A DNA stretch of 64,000 nucleotides, from the NCBI GenBank assembly GCA_043228905.1, contig JBHGNT010000013.1, positions 19,220,001 to 19,284,000 on the forward strand, given 5' to 3'. This stretch comes from Azolla caroliniana (Eukaryota; Plantae; Polypodiophyta). Below, one piece after another: positions 50,997-64,000 of the stretch. The notes beneath the pieces are model-generated. The model was not told the DNA's origin and searched no databases. It worked only from the letters and a program-made list of their open reading frames with translations. Made by a program: the position numbers and the translations under genes. Positions within the stretch are counted from its first letter, which is position 1. Each line of letters starts with the position of its first letter.

Positions 50997-53851
50997 TTAT
51001 GGTTCATCTGGAGATGATGGCAAGATGTGGCCACAATTCTTGCAACAATCAACATTTGAGTCCCTTGATCTAAAGGTCAAGGCATCACAATGCAAGCATT
51101 GAATCTTCAATGTCACACATATTGGCAACCACCACCTAGCTCGACTTGCACCTCTTTGTATTTTTCCGATGTGTGTTTTGGAAGTGTTTGGGGAGCTGCC
51201 AATAAGATCTTGTGAAATGTCGACTAATGCTCCTCTCTTCGCACCAATTGCTTGCTTCCGCTGTTATGGATCACCATCTTCTTCATTGGTTGCTTTTGAT
51301 GCATCGACGTGATACGCCACCGTCTGTCTCATTTCTAAAATGGACGCCATACATGCCAAAACTTTTGCACGGTCAAGGGATTGTAACCCTTGGCTGAGAC
51401 ATTGAATACCTGCCCCGGTCATTTGTAATTCTGACTCCCATTCCTCCATATCTGATGCACTAGGGTTTGTCTCCACTTCTAGTTTTATGAAATGGTCATT
51501 GCGCATATGGGCCGCATGAAATATAAAAGGCAAAGACTCACATAGATGTGGCATGTGCCTCTCAATAATCATCCGGATGTCGAGTATATGCTTACATTTA
51601 TTCACAGGGTCTTAGCAATCACAATGTGAGCACTGGAGCGATACATTTTTGTCAAGCTTAATATTTTAAACCAATATCGGGGCTTGTCCACAATATGCAC
51701 TATCACATTAATAGTTTCATACCTCTCTAGTATCCTCTCGGCCTCTTTAAGTCTTGTTGTTTGAACCCTACAAATTGCATGGGGTGCAAATCTACCACTC
51801 TCACATATTTCTTGTCGTTGCTTGTACCATTCAATAACAGTCCCTCCGACACAAGTGCTAGTTTGATTGTCCCCGATGAAAACATGCACATGATCGGTAA
51901 TTGATCAATTTATTCTTCCTCTCAAGGTAGTATATTTGATAAACTGTCAATGTCTTTCCACAATATTGGTAGTGTCAACATGTCTGTAGTTGAACATTCT
52001 ACCAAACTTGGGTCACAATTTCCTCCACACACATGTCAAGCCACACCATCTTCTTTCTATATATTGTCAAACACTTGGCTTGTTTGCATATTCTACCTTT
52101 AACTCCTCACATTGGGCACTAAATGTGTATTCCGTAATGCATTGCATGAGTTGGCACATCCGGTTATAAAGATGGTTTCTCTCAATTGCACTTACCTTTG
52201 GCAACAAGTTGTCCACCCATGCTTTTTTGGCGTGGAACTGACACAACAAAAGTCGACAAAGTGTTTGCGATATTTGCCCATTTGCAACAATCCAAGATAA
52301 TCAATCTACTACAACCACATTTCTTATGGCATTATATGATGTCCAACTTTTATCAATGACTATTGCATTTGGCCTCACATTGGGCATCCGCGTGAATATG
52401 ACTCTCAAGCAAGTTTCTAAAGCTACTTGCTCATGGTTTGACCCCTTATCAAAACTACATATCATGTACCATAATGGGATACCAATTCCCATCATGGCCA
52501 CAACTGCATAAAATGGCAATCCAAATTGGTTTGTTTTAAACGTGGAGTCGATTGCCCAAGAGTTGTTTATTGACAATTGCTCACACATTTCTAACATCCA
52601 TTTTTCTTGAAACACCAAGATGAACAGTTGCCTTGCTGGAGATCCATGTTCACCAAGCAAGTAAGGTTGGACATAAGCCACCTTCCCAAGATCTCGGAGT
52701 GCATAGGCATCTTGCATCATCAAAGACCAATCAACCTCTGACATGACACTCCCAAATTTTAACATGTTGGCCATGTTATGGACCTCCTTGGGTATAAAAA
52801 AGAACCTATAATTAACAAGGTCTTAGTAATGGACTAGCCTTGGACTTATGATATGCTTCCTTACACATGCTCATCCATGCCACATGCTGTGCATATCCAA
52901 CATAAAAAAGGTCATCTTTGCAACAACTTATAACATTTGGGTGTGCCAACAAATAGTACGCATCCGGTCTACTTCCGGCTATATGACCCGTATGAGTTCC
53001 ATATATTGAAATGGTCATGGTAACTCGTCATTCCTTCAAGCGTCCACATGGAAAGTACACCCACATCGGGATGTCCGATGAAGGCTTTCTACGTCGACTG
53101 CACGGATATTGCCGTGTGGGCACACCTTGCGACCCTATACGGAAGCGTGTGTGATACTTCTTTTGAACATCTATGAGTGTACCATCTACCTTATGGGCCT
53201 CTATCTAGACTTTTTATATTTCACGACACTTGTCCCCTCCATGTCAGATGGAGTTGACTTCGACACAACGTGAGAACCACATCGGTCAATCAGTGCTTTC
53301 ACATACCCACTAGGGATCCCATGATCACCAAGGTCATTGGCCCAAAGTCTCTTTAACTCTTTAAGGGTACCCGTCAAAGGGTGATGCGATGCGCCACAAT
53401 GTGATGCCAATACTACCTCCCTCCAATTCTCTATGTAAGTAACCTGAAGATTAGGTGATGCCTTAAGGTAGATCTCATTCTCATTTCTAAGCATGAGACG
53501 ACTCTTCATGCGCCTCCATGCATGGAGATTGAGAGGTGCACCCCTTGCGACCGCGCTTAATGTTTCAAACGTTACCAAAACTTGACCCGATAAATTTTTT
53601 TTAAACATAAAATCATATGTACCTTTTGTGAAAGCAAAATACCTAGCCGAATAGTACATGAAGGGATCAACCTCCTCCTCCTCCCGTTCGGATGAAGACG
53701 ACTCACAGGCTTCGTTGGATGTAGGCCACACCAACACTTTGTCAGATGTAGACGAGTCTAACTCTTCGTCGATAGTTGCGGAGTATGGTGACACATAACC
53801 ATCCTCGAAACCATACCATGAGGTGATAAAATTATGATCATTTGCATTCAT
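50997..53851 (-). pseudogene. MULE transposase pseudogene (E4)
   Basis: Fragments colinear with the E1 protein (AIDSTFKTNQFGLP, LCQFHAKKAW, CKHI) with many stops and indels. Confidence 0.92.
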
Positions 53852-54439
53852 CGTAGTGATCTTCTAAATCTTGATGTGATTAATCGGATAGTAGGGTGTG
53901 ATTAATTGAAAATTTCATAATCAAGTGTAATTAATTGGAGTATGAATCAGAGATGCCTCTGTGACAGTATGAATCAGATGTGAATCTTATTAATTGGAGG
54001 ATGAATTAGCTCTGATTAAAACAAGGGTTTAGGGATTATACTGACTCAAATTATGTGATTAAAAACACGTTAATATGATCGTTTTTTGCCCTTTTTTTTT
54101 AATTCGGTTGGGCGACCTTATTAAAAACTGTTGTGCAACTTGATTAATATAGGTTGGGTAACCTTATTAAAATACACTAGGCGACCATATAATAGAAAGG
54201 ATGATCACATTAATCAGGTTGGGTGGCTTGATTAATAGGTAGAGTGACCTTATTAATAGGTTGGGCGACCTGGTAATAGTAAGGACGATGTTTTTAAAGA
54301 GCGTTGGGCGAACTTATTCAAAAGAGTTGGGCGACCTAATTAATATAGATTGGGCAACCAACTTAAAAAATAGCAAACACAAAAACATCAGATATCTTAA
54401 TAAAAAAGAATCACACTATGAGTCCAAAACAACAGGTCT

Positions 54440-54860
54440 TTAAATAAAAAACATTGAAACTATGAATAAAAAACACAAGAGTTCTGAATAAAAAACATCT
54501 GAAACTATGAATCAAAGACAAGATATAAACACTTGAGATAAAAAATGCTCAAACTATGAATCAAAGACTACAGATAAACACTTGAAATAAAATACACTCA
54601 ACATTTATCAAACTATGAATCAAAGACACCATATAAACACTCGAGATAAAAGACACTCAACATTTATCAAACTATGAATCAAAGACAATAGATAGACACT
54701 TGAGATAAAAGACCCTCAACATTGATCAAACTATGAATCAAAGACACTAGATAAACACTTGAGATAAAAGACACTCAACATTGATCAAACTATGAATAAA
54801 AGACAACAAATAGACACTTGAGATAAAAGACACTAAACAAACACTTGAGATAAACAACTT
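54440..54860. repeat. 59-bp tandem array specific to E4
   Basis: AAACTATGAAT starts at 54551, 54610, 54669, 54728 and 54787, with more degenerate copies upstream. Confidence 0.85.
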
Positions 54861-55249
54861 TTTCTATAACAACAATTTTGGTAGCTTTTCCATTAATAAG
54901 TATTTTCGATATACAATGAGTCATATTTTCGCCATATAGAAATACGCCGTATACAAAAAGTTGACAATAATTACAACATCCGTCATTTACAAAATCCAAG
55001 ACCACATTTACAATATCCTCTCGGATACAAATTATATGATCATATTTACAATATCCGCCGCATACAAAATTTCTGGGGCCATGAAAACTATACAAAATTT
55101 ACAATATGGGGCCACCGGTCGCAGTTGGAAATCCTAGTATCCTTCGTGCCCACCCTTCGAGTTGAATCCGAAGTGAATCCACTTCAAATTTGATGAACCA
55201 CGTCTATGTGCCCTGTCACCAAATATGTATAAGACACACCTATACAAAA

Positions 55250-58200
55250 TGTAAAAAATCGATGGTGATTGTGTGTAGCGAAATAGGTTAGAGATGTGTT
55301 TTGTGTGTGTGTGCGTGTGTGTTTGAGAAGAGGAGAGGAGAGGAGAGAGACACAAGATAGATAGAAAATAGAAATACTCAAGAAGATTGTATATTACAAA
55401 GGAGATTACCGACACATTACAAAGTAGGAGGAGGGTGCTTTATATAGTCACCCTCTCATCATTAACTACCGAAGCTCATCGATAATTGGGAATGTGGAAA
55501 CTCATTAGTTATGTGTCATAGAATATGATTCTATGACACATAGTTAATGTGTAGAGAGTAGTGGTGTGACTTTTGACCTTTGATTGTTCATACACTCTTA
55601 AGGTGTGTTCGCACACTAGACTAGGTTGAGCTTGATTCTCAACATGCCCCCTCAAGCTCAACCCGGGTCAGTTCCTCTCGGTTGATGTCCGCGTCGGCTA
55701 GTACCCGGTTCAGACAATGTCTGGGATTGTTAATCCAAGGTAGGCAATAAATTGTCGAAGCTTGTCAGCTCCTAGGGCTTTGGTGAAGATGTCGGTTGTC
55801 TGAAGATTTGTGTTGATGTGTTGAAGGTCGACATCTCCAGCTTGAACGCGCTCTTGAATGAAGTTGTAGTGCACTTCGATATGCTTCGTGCGTGCATGGA
55901 ACATCGGGTTCCGAGCCAGATAAATACTGCTCATGTTGTCACAGTAAAGGGGAGTAGGATCCTTGATGGGAATGCCCAAATCCTTCAAAATCCTCTTGAG
56001 CCATACGGCTTCACATGCAACCACAATTGTGCCCCTGTATTCAGCCTCTGTGCTCGAAAGTGCAACAGTCGGTTGCTTCTTGCTACTCCAGGATATGGCT
56101 CCACTTCCAAGGGAGAAAATAAGTCTGGAGGTTGATCATCGATCGGCTCTATAGCCGGCCCAGTCGGCATCTATGCACCCTTCGAGTTGAATTGGCATGA
56201 CCGACTTATAGAGAATAACATAGTCCATCGTTCCACACACGTATCGTAGCACTTGCTTAGCACAATCCAAATGGATATCTAGTGGAGTTTGCATGAATTG
56301 TCTAAAGAGGCCGATTGGATAGCTCAGGTCAAGTCGAGTGATCGTGAGGTAGATGAGACTCCCGATCAGTTGTCGATACTGAGTCGGCTCACACTTTGTG
56401 GTGCCGAAGTCGCCATCCAATTTAAGGTTTCGATTGAGAGGGGTTGCCACAATTTTGCACTTAGTCATCCTGAACTTGTATAAGAAGTTGGCGATGTAGT
56501 GCTGTTGAGAGATCATAATGCCGATTGGAGTTCGAATTACCTCGGTGCCAAGGAAGTAATGAAGATCTTTCATGTCCTTCATCTCGAATTTGTTGGAGAG
56601 GAGGAACTTGACCTTGTTGATGTCGATTAGATGCTCACCTCCGATGACCAGATCATACACGTATAGGATGATGACAATCAGACTTCCCAAATTACTTCAT
56701 GTGTAGAGGGGGTTATCGGATTTCGACATTCGAAAGCTGATTCGATGAAAATATTGTGCTATCTTTGAGTGCCAAGCACGTGGTGCTTGCTTAAAGCCGT
56801 AGAGTGGCTTCTTTAATCGACACACTACTTTCAGATGGGTGCTCTATTTGAAGCCGGGTGGTTGTACCATGTACACCTCCTCTTCTATTTCGCCTCGAAG
56901 AAAGACGTTCTTGACATCCATTTGATGGAGGTACCACCCTTTCGCCGTTGCAAGTGCAATCAAAATCCACACAGTCTTCATATTTGCCACCGGGGCAAAG
57001 GTTTCTTCATATTTGACTCCATGTGTTTGTGCGTAGGCTTTTGCCACAAGTCGTGCTTTGTAGCGATTGACAGAGCCATCAACATTATACTTCACCTTGT
57101 AAATCCATTTACAACCGATTGCCTTCTGGTGAGGTGAGTGAGGGACGAGATCCCATGTCTCATTCTTGCTAAGAGCTTCATCTCCTCATTCATCGCTTCG
57201 ACCCATCATGGATCTTTAATGGCTTGGGCAAATCTCTCTGGTTCACAATCTGCTGCCACCTTCATCATAAAAGCATAGTGGTATGCCATATATTAGTCGT
57301 TCTAGCTTAATCGGCTAATAGGATTATTCTCATGAGTGGAGCGACAGAATTTCTCATTTGCCAATGTGAGTGCTTTCTTAACTCCGGGTGACCTCATAAG
57401 AGGCACATCAAAGCCACCGAACTCACTGTCAAGTGAGTGAGTCGATTCATTGTCGTCGAATTGATCATCTACATATTTTGGCATTTTGGCCTTGCCTTTG
57501 TCCATCTTCGGACTTGGTCGAGATGTGCTCTGGTCACTTGGGGGCTCTTGTGGCCCAATGAGCCTAGTCGTGATCAGACTTTCTTCGAACATATGCCTTA
57601 GTCGATCTTCGTCTTCTATTTCTTGGTCGACCAAGTTCGGATCGACTCAACATGATTCGGGAGGAGTCAGCTCCAGTTTGTACCATGATGTTGATTCGTC
57701 AAAGACCACATCCCGACTTACGCGAACCTTCCAAGTAGAGGGGTTGAAGCACTTGTACCCCTTTATCCCCAGTGAGTACCCCATGAGGATACACTACTCC
57801 GACTTGGGATCTAGCTTTTGCCGCTTTTCATCGGGAATATGCACATATGCGATTGAGCCGAATATCCTTACATGGGATAGATCTAACTTCTTTCCATAAT
57901 ACTTCTCGTGAGGAGTGACCTCATGCACTTCAGATGTTGTGCACCGATTGATGATGTAGACGACAATATTTGCAGCTTCTGCGCAATATGACTTGGGCAT
58001 ATGCTTCTCATTGAGCATGGCCCGTGCTACTTCGAGGATGTGTTCATTCTTGCGTTCAGCTACACCATTCTGTTGTGGTGTGTGTCGGCAAGTGAATTAT
58101 CACTGAATTCGTTCTTGGCGATGGTATTTCGTGAATGCATCAGAGAAGTATTCCTTTCCTCCTTTTGACCGACGACATCGTACATGGCAGCCGGTTGTCT

Positions 58201-59984
58201 TTTCGACTTCGCTTTTGAATTTTTGGAAGTGTGAAGACACTTCGCTTTTCATCCTCATGGGAAAGATCCATGTGTATCTAGAGAAGTTGTCGATGAAGGT
58301 AACATAGTACCGACATCCTCCGAATGTGGCCGTCTGTGCCGGTCCCCACACATCCGAGTGGACTACGTCCAATAGGCTTTGCTCACGTTGCTCTCATTTG
58401 GGAACAGGTGCCGATGTTGCTTGCTGAATTGGCATGCCTCATATACTCCTTCATTCTCTTTCTCTTTGAAGGTCGAGAGCCCGATGACGACTCCTTTCGA
58501 TTGCATCGCCTTGAGTTTGTTGAGATTGATATGGCTGATTCTTTTATGTCATAGCTCTATGTCAGTGTCGGCTTTGAGGCCCTTTGCAAACATGGCCGAT
58601 TTTTCCTCGTTTGATTGGAGGATAAACATTTGGCCTTCCCTTCGACCACGAGCAATTAGTCGACATTCCTTCTCGATTAAGCAACCACCTTGGTTGAATA
58701 GAACTTGCATCCCTTGCTCCAAGATTTGGCCGATCGAGACCAAATTCTTCGTTATGGTGGGTACATGCAAGACATTTCTTTTACAAGTTTGTTCACCTTC
58801 TTTCCCGAATGGGACATTGCCGACATGCTGAATCAGATGAGTGATATTGTCTCCAGTTTCAACATAACCGAGTCGATCCAGCTCTTGTAAGTCTCGGAAC
58901 CATTCTTAATGAGAAGTCATATGGTTCGAGGCACCGGAGTCGATGAACCATACATCTTCCGAACTAGAGGCATTATTCAAAGTAGAAGCCGCCATAGAAT
59001 TTTCTCTATGTTTCATCACAAACATTCCACCATGATCATCATAGTCAGAGATGGTGGCGTAATTGGTTAGTTGTCGGCTTGTGGAAGTTGACCGCGCTTC
59101 TTCTTTCGACACTCTTCTTCGTGGTGGCCGATTTTGCCGCAATATCTGCATTCGATCGATTTTTGTGGGCTTGGACTGGCATGGAAGCTCCCCCTTCTTT
59201 CGAACGTTCCTCGATTGTTGCCAACGTCTTGCCGGTAATGGGAGTTGTTTTCATAGGTCGGAGCTCGTCCAACTCGTCCTTGGCCGAATCGGCCTCTTCT
59301 TGCTCGGCTGTGTCCTCTTCCTCCATCGGAGTGTGTGTAGAGCATATGGCCTTCCGAGGCATTGCTCTTAGTTTGAACATGATTTTCTTCAACCAATAAA
59401 ATTGATTGAAGATCGAAGAAAGAGGGAGGATTCTCCCTTGCTAGAACGGCGGTTCTCATCGCATCGAACCGTGGTGCGAAGCCGCCGAAGCATATTTGCA
59501 CCATCTCTTCATCATCCACATTGACGCTTATTGCGCTGAGTGAATCACAAAGCTCCTTGACCTTCAAGGTGTAGCTTGTGATGGACATATCCCTTTGTTG
59601 GATATTATTCAACTCTTGGCGAAGTTGAAGCTTTCTTGCGTTGTGTTGGTTGCGAAAATCTTCCTAAGATTCTCCCATGCTTCCTTCGGCGTATCGGCTT
59701 CTCGAATGTAGCCGAGTATGTGTTCATGAACACACGTCGCCAAGCAATACATTACTCGACTTGCCGCTTGCTCCCATGTTGAGTAGCCGGCGTCCTTTGA
59801 TTTTCTTGTGCTCCTTTAATGTAGCTCCAATAGTCTTGGCCGACAAGGTATTGGTGCATCTTGTACTCCCAAGATGCGAAGTTGTTTCGGTCCAACTTCT
59901 CACTAGGGAGAGCGCTCCCCATTTGAGTATTCATGGCGTTCGATGTAGATTTCTTCCTTCTTCTTCTCTTTTGAATATGAGCTA
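55250..59984 (-). mobile_element. Degenerate Ty1/Copia element; 3' LTR 55250-55644, 5' leader interrupted by a Gypsy
   Basis: Gag EKLDRNNFASWEYKM, CRYCGKIGHHEEEC, WFIDSGASNH, HSDVWGP, YKARLVAK, RTKHIEV. PPT AGCTTGAGGGGG precedes TGTTGAG...TACA. Confidence 0.92.
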
Positions 59985-60799
59985 TGTAGTGGCACTATGA
60001 TAGCGATGATGTTATGTACACATAACGTTGGTGAGGGTAGGTCACTAATATTTACATTAGTGAAGGGTATGTTCACTATTATTAAAAAGGGGACTAATGA
60101 TTGGATAGAATGAATGATATGTGCATGCACTATCATGATTTAGACAACCAATGAATAGAGAGCCTTTTAGAAAGGCACATCTATTCAAGGGGCCTAGGAA
60201 AAGGTATAAATATGAGGCTTAGCTACCCTCATAAGCATCATCACGTCGGAAGGCTGCTGTCGTAGACACCGGTGGTGCGGGCTAGGCTTTCGTCTCGACG
60301 ATCGTGTTTATCTCTTCCAAGGTATTAGTCATCCTAATATCCGGCGGTATGGGACGTCGGTGGTAGGTTGGCTATGTCTAGATCATAGCTCGGGGGTGGT
60401 CGGGTGGAACGGGTTCTTCTATCCAATCTATTTTCTTCCTTATTACTTGATTTGGTCTATTGATTAGTAATAGACTCTTAACAGTGGTATCAGAGCTTTT
60501 ACTAACAATTTTTTTGTTGTTTTGATGTTTTTTGCGTGTGAGCGAGGGGGATCTAACAAGGCTCGTCATGCTCTTCTCAGGATCAAAACAACACTCTAAA
60601 CCCGGTATTCTTCTTTTTTGATCTCTTCTCTTTTTCTATTATGCGTTCTTTATGGTCGAATCAAATTGGTATTACGTTTTATTCTCTTTCTTTCTACCTC
60701 CTACTACGCTACGATTTTACTTATTATTATGCATCGGGCCGAGCGTGTTTGCACTAATCGCACACGCTTATCTCATGGCCGTTTTGCATATGATGTTGA

Positions 60800-61135
60800 G
60801 TATACCACTCTTCCCCTCTATTGAGCCATCACTTGGCCTATTCTAAGGGATGATGTGGCCTTGACGAGGTGTATGTTGCCTACCTATGCCACTCTACTCT
60901 CTATTAAGCCATCAATTGGCCGATTCTATGGGATGTTGTGGCCTTGACAAGGTATACGTAGCTTACATATGCCACTTTCCTTTTTAATTAGCCATCAATT
61001 GGCCGATTCTAAGGGATGATGTGGCCTTGACGAGGTATATGTCACTTACCTATGCCACTTTCCTCTTTAATTAGCCATTACTTGGCCGATTCTAGGGATA
61101 TGTGGTGGTCTTGAGGAGGTGCATGTCAACTACCC
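60800..61135. repeat. ~83-bp tandem repeat x4 in the Gypsy leader
   Basis: CCACT...AGCCATCA-TTGGCC-ATTCTA-GGGAT...GGCCTTGACGAGGT units start at 60805, 60889, 60972 and 61055. Confidence 0.85.
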
Positions 61136-62123
61136 TAGGGTTTCGTATCTTAGGGCATGTTTGATTCCATACACCTAATTGTTGATTATTCTAATTAAAT
61201 TTTAATTTCATAAGTATTGTTTCACTTATATGATTTTCTAGTAATTATTATTTACCCGCCCACAATTAACTCTCCTTTTTCCACTTCCTTTTCATGTATA
61301 AAGTATTTACATCGTTTATTTTTAATGTAACCTTTACGTGTAGACTATTTTTTTTGTATGGAGTGGCTTGTTGAACGATTTTTTTTCAACGGGTCATCTA
61401 GGTTTAACTCTTATCATCAAGCCTTAGAAAACGAGTAAAACCATATGAGTTCCCTTATTGATGTTTTACTCATGGATTTGAGTATTACATCTTTGCGCAC
61501 AACACCGTCATCACTTGTATCAATTTGTGGCTTATGTCACAATTGTGCAAGTTATAACAATCATATTGGGATGTATATGTGCATACCTTGCACTTCCCAT
61601 TTATTTGTGACATTGTTTTTTTCGTAGGTAACACATGGGTTCTTTTTTTTTTTTTACCCTTGTTTTCGTCACTACTTAACTCTTATGAGTAGTGCCTTAT
61701 TTTATCATTTTATCATCACGTTTGCTTATTGCTCGCAAGACTAGAATATTACTTGTGAGTGCACTTGTTTTTTCACGTAATACACTTTCTCGACCATATA
61801 ATACATGATGGGTTGGCATTAATATAAGGCTATCTAGGAAATTTCATTGATGTAAGAACCATGGTTGAGCCTCGGGGAGCCGCCATGATTACTCAAGATA
61901 GAGATCCGAGAAATACATCTTAGCTATGTTTTCCCCCATGGTTTTTAAAACACCATAGTGTTACCATAGTTATCGGATCTCGAATCACATCTCATATGTC
62001 TAGAGGGGTAAAGACATGAGATACTTTCTTGGATAAAGTTCTTTCAATCAAAATTTCAAGCATTCATTTTGCTTGTGTATTTTCTGAACCTCCTTATTTT
62101 ATTGCATACCCACAGCGTGCATC

Positions 62124-64000
62124 ATGGAACAAGTTTTGAACGCAGTTGGAACGATCTCTCCAAATGAGACCTCTCAACCCCAATCCGCATCTCGCACACA
62201 AGCTGAGATCACTATTGAGCAATTGCTCACTACTACCTTGAATCAATTGGCCGAAATGAGACAGGCCAATATGGCATTGGAAAAGAAATTCCAAGAATTA
62301 ACTATTGAGTCCAAGAAAGAAGGTGAACCTTCCTTCGTAGTCACGCCTTTCAAGGGAGATAAGAAAGAAAGAAACGAGGAGGCCATTAGCACTTGGCTTG
62401 GTCGTTGGGAGTCTCACTTTGAGCTTCATCCCAAGCCCGATGCAGTAAAAATTGGTTATGTCGGTCGTGAGTTAGGTGGTCGAGCTGCTGCTTGGTGGCG
62501 TGGCCTAAGGACCGCAAAAAACTTACCCACAACTTGGGAAGGTTTCGTTGATGTTTTTAAGAAACAATTCTTGCAGCCACCTTCTCAAACCGAACAAGCG
62601 CAACACTTGCTCACATTGTCTAGTAAGCCATTTACCTCTCTCGAGGATTATGTGCATCACGCTCGGACCCAGATCCAAAAATCAGGACTTACGGGTGAGA
62701 AATGGTTTGTCGCTTGTTTTTTGAATGGTATTCCCAATGGGGATTATCATTGGATTGTCCATGACAAGGACCCCACAACTTTCGAGGAAGCCGTCAACAT
62801 TGTGCTGCGATACCATAGGACTTCCAAGAAAGACCACAATAAACCTGAGTTCGCCAAAACTCCGAATGTCAAGTTCATTGGGAAACGTAAGCAATCCAGT
62901 GACACTCTTGTCCGCGACTCAAAGAAACCGAACCTCTTCTGTGCATATTGCAAGAAGCGGGGCCACACAAAGGATACCTGTCGTCGTCTTGAGAGGAAGT
63001 CAATGAACACCCCTCCTCAAGACAAATCTACGAGTCACACAGGTGAGTCTTTTGATATTGTTGAAGTTCATACCAATCACTTAAGTTTATGTGAATGCAC
63101 TTTTCCTTCACATTTACTTGGACCTAATGATTTACTCCGAGCAGTCGGATATATCAATGGAACACAAGCACATTTCTTGTTTGATTCCGGTAGTTCTCAC
63201 AATTTTCTTAATGATCACTTTGTGCAGCAAATGGAGCTCCACATAAACGCAAGTGATCATATCTATCAAGTTCACATGGCAAATGGAAACGTTCAATACA
63301 TCAGTGGCATTGTTTGTCAACTGCCAATTCAAATAGATACTTATTTGGAGAAGCTTGACTTTCATGTTATGAAATTACAATCCGCAGATGTCATTTTAGG
63401 ATATCCTTGGTTTTTTAATAAAAACCCTTCTTTGTCCATTGATTGGGTTAATCACTCAATCACATTTGAACTTAATAATTGTAAACATTTTATTCAATGT
63501 TCCAAACTTCCTTCTCATTCACTTGTGTCTTCTAAATCTTTAAGTGAGTATTCTAGTTCATTAATTTATTCGTGTGTAATTGATCCTGCGGTTCAATTTT
63601 ATTATTTTAATATTGACGCCACACAATTACCACATTTTGAGCAACGATTACTTGACTCTATTTTAGAGGATTTTCAAGATGTGTTTCCTACTGAATTACC
63701 GCTTACTTTACCACCTAAACGTAATGTGGACCATCAAATTGAACTCATCCCTGGGGCTGCTCCTGTGAGCATTCCACCTTACCGACTTAGTCGATTAGAA
63801 GAGGATGAGATCGCTAAACAACTTAAGGAATACTTGAGTATGGGCCACACTAGGTATAGTAAATCACCTTGGGGTGCGCCAGTTCTATTAGTCAAGAAGA
63901 AGGAAGGTTCGTGGCGAATGTGTATCAATTATCGCCGTTTGAATAAAATGACAATTAAGAATGCATATCCATTACCTCGTGCCGATGATTTGATTGATCG
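62124..64000 (+). CDS. Gypsy gag-pol polyprotein, 3'-partial (runs off the window)
   Basis: The ATG and RT motifs are in the same frame: GRAAAWW gag, [24 protein letters not shown] protease, [29 protein letters not shown]. Confidence 0.88.
   Translation, partial: MEQVLNAVGTISPNETSQPQSASRTQAEITIEQLLTTTLNQLAEMRQANMALEKKFQELTIESKKEGEPSFVVTPFKGDKKERNEEAISTWLGRWESHFELHPKPDAVKIGYVGRELGGRAAAWWRGLRTAKNLPTTWEGFVDVFKKQFLQPPSQTEQAQHLLTLSSKPFTSLEDYVHHARTQIQKSGLTGEKWFVACFLNGIPNGDYHWIVHDKDPTTFEEAVNIVLRYHRTSKKDHNKPEFAKTPNVKFIGKRKQSSDTLVRDSKKPNLFCAYCKKRGHTKDTCRRLERKSMNTPPQDKSTSHTGESFDIVEVHTNHLSLCECTFPSHLLGPNDLLRAVGYINGTQAHFLFDSGSSHNFLNDHFVQQMELHINASDHIYQVHMANGNVQYISGIVCQLPIQIDTYLEKLDFHVMKLQSADVILGYPWFFNKNPSLSIDWVNHSITFELNNCKHFIQCSKLPSHSLVSSKSLSEYSSSLIYSCVIDPAVQFYYFNIDATQLPHFEQRLLDSILEDFQDVFPTELPLTLPPKRNVDHQIELIPGAAPVSIPPYRLSRLEEDEIAKQLKEYLSMGHTRYSKSPWGAPVLLVKKKEGSWRMCINYRRLNKMTIKNAYPLPRADDLID

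Larger units (their letters stand above)
50704..55249 (-). mobile_element. E4: decayed E1-family copy interrupted by a Copia
   Basis: Left end CTCGTGTCTATTAGCTACCAAATCATAAATAGGGTTGGTGAGGGAATC, transposase pseudogene, GTTGGGCGACC motifs at ~54108-54360, last Ulp1 exon at ~55099-55212. Confidence 0.9.
59985..64000 (+). mobile_element. Ty3/Gypsy LTR retrotransposon, 5' part; 5' LTR ~59985-60483
   Basis: TGTAG...AACA LTR, PBS TGGTATCAGAGC at 60485-60496, long leader, gag-PR-RT order. Confidence 0.88.

Noticed and set aside
63920-63935. CINYR instead of CIDYR in the Gypsy RT
   Set aside because: A single G-to-A change at a non-catalytic Asp; ordinary post-insertion mutation.

Overview
Eukaryotic land-plant DNA, most likely a fern (inferred from the PLS-class PPR style and the TE content). 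There are three host genes: a 5'-partial PLS-class PPR gene (1-2304, +), a two-exon AGCVIII/D6PK-like kinase (18244-20739, +) and a two-exon mitochondrial acyl carrier protein (25244-30923, -). Decayed LINE and Copia remnants lie between them. From about 31.1 kb on, the window is a nest of mobile elements just upstream of the ACP gene. It holds four same-orientation members (E1-E4) of an unusual TIR DNA-transposon family, two Copia elements (one carrying a solo LTR and a hAT-like MITE) and the 5' part of a Gypsy element. E1 (31105-39548) is nearly intact. It encodes a ~974-aa Mutator-type transposase with an integrase-like H2C2 finger, WRKY/FAR1-like finger, SWIM and C4 finger, plus a 5-exon ~550-aa C2H2 zinc finger-Ulp1 SUMO protease fusion. 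Its non-coding parts carry copy-specific tandem arrays, and its CG-bounded asymmetric ends show no canonical 9-bp TSD. All calls were made by eye; no database searches were run.
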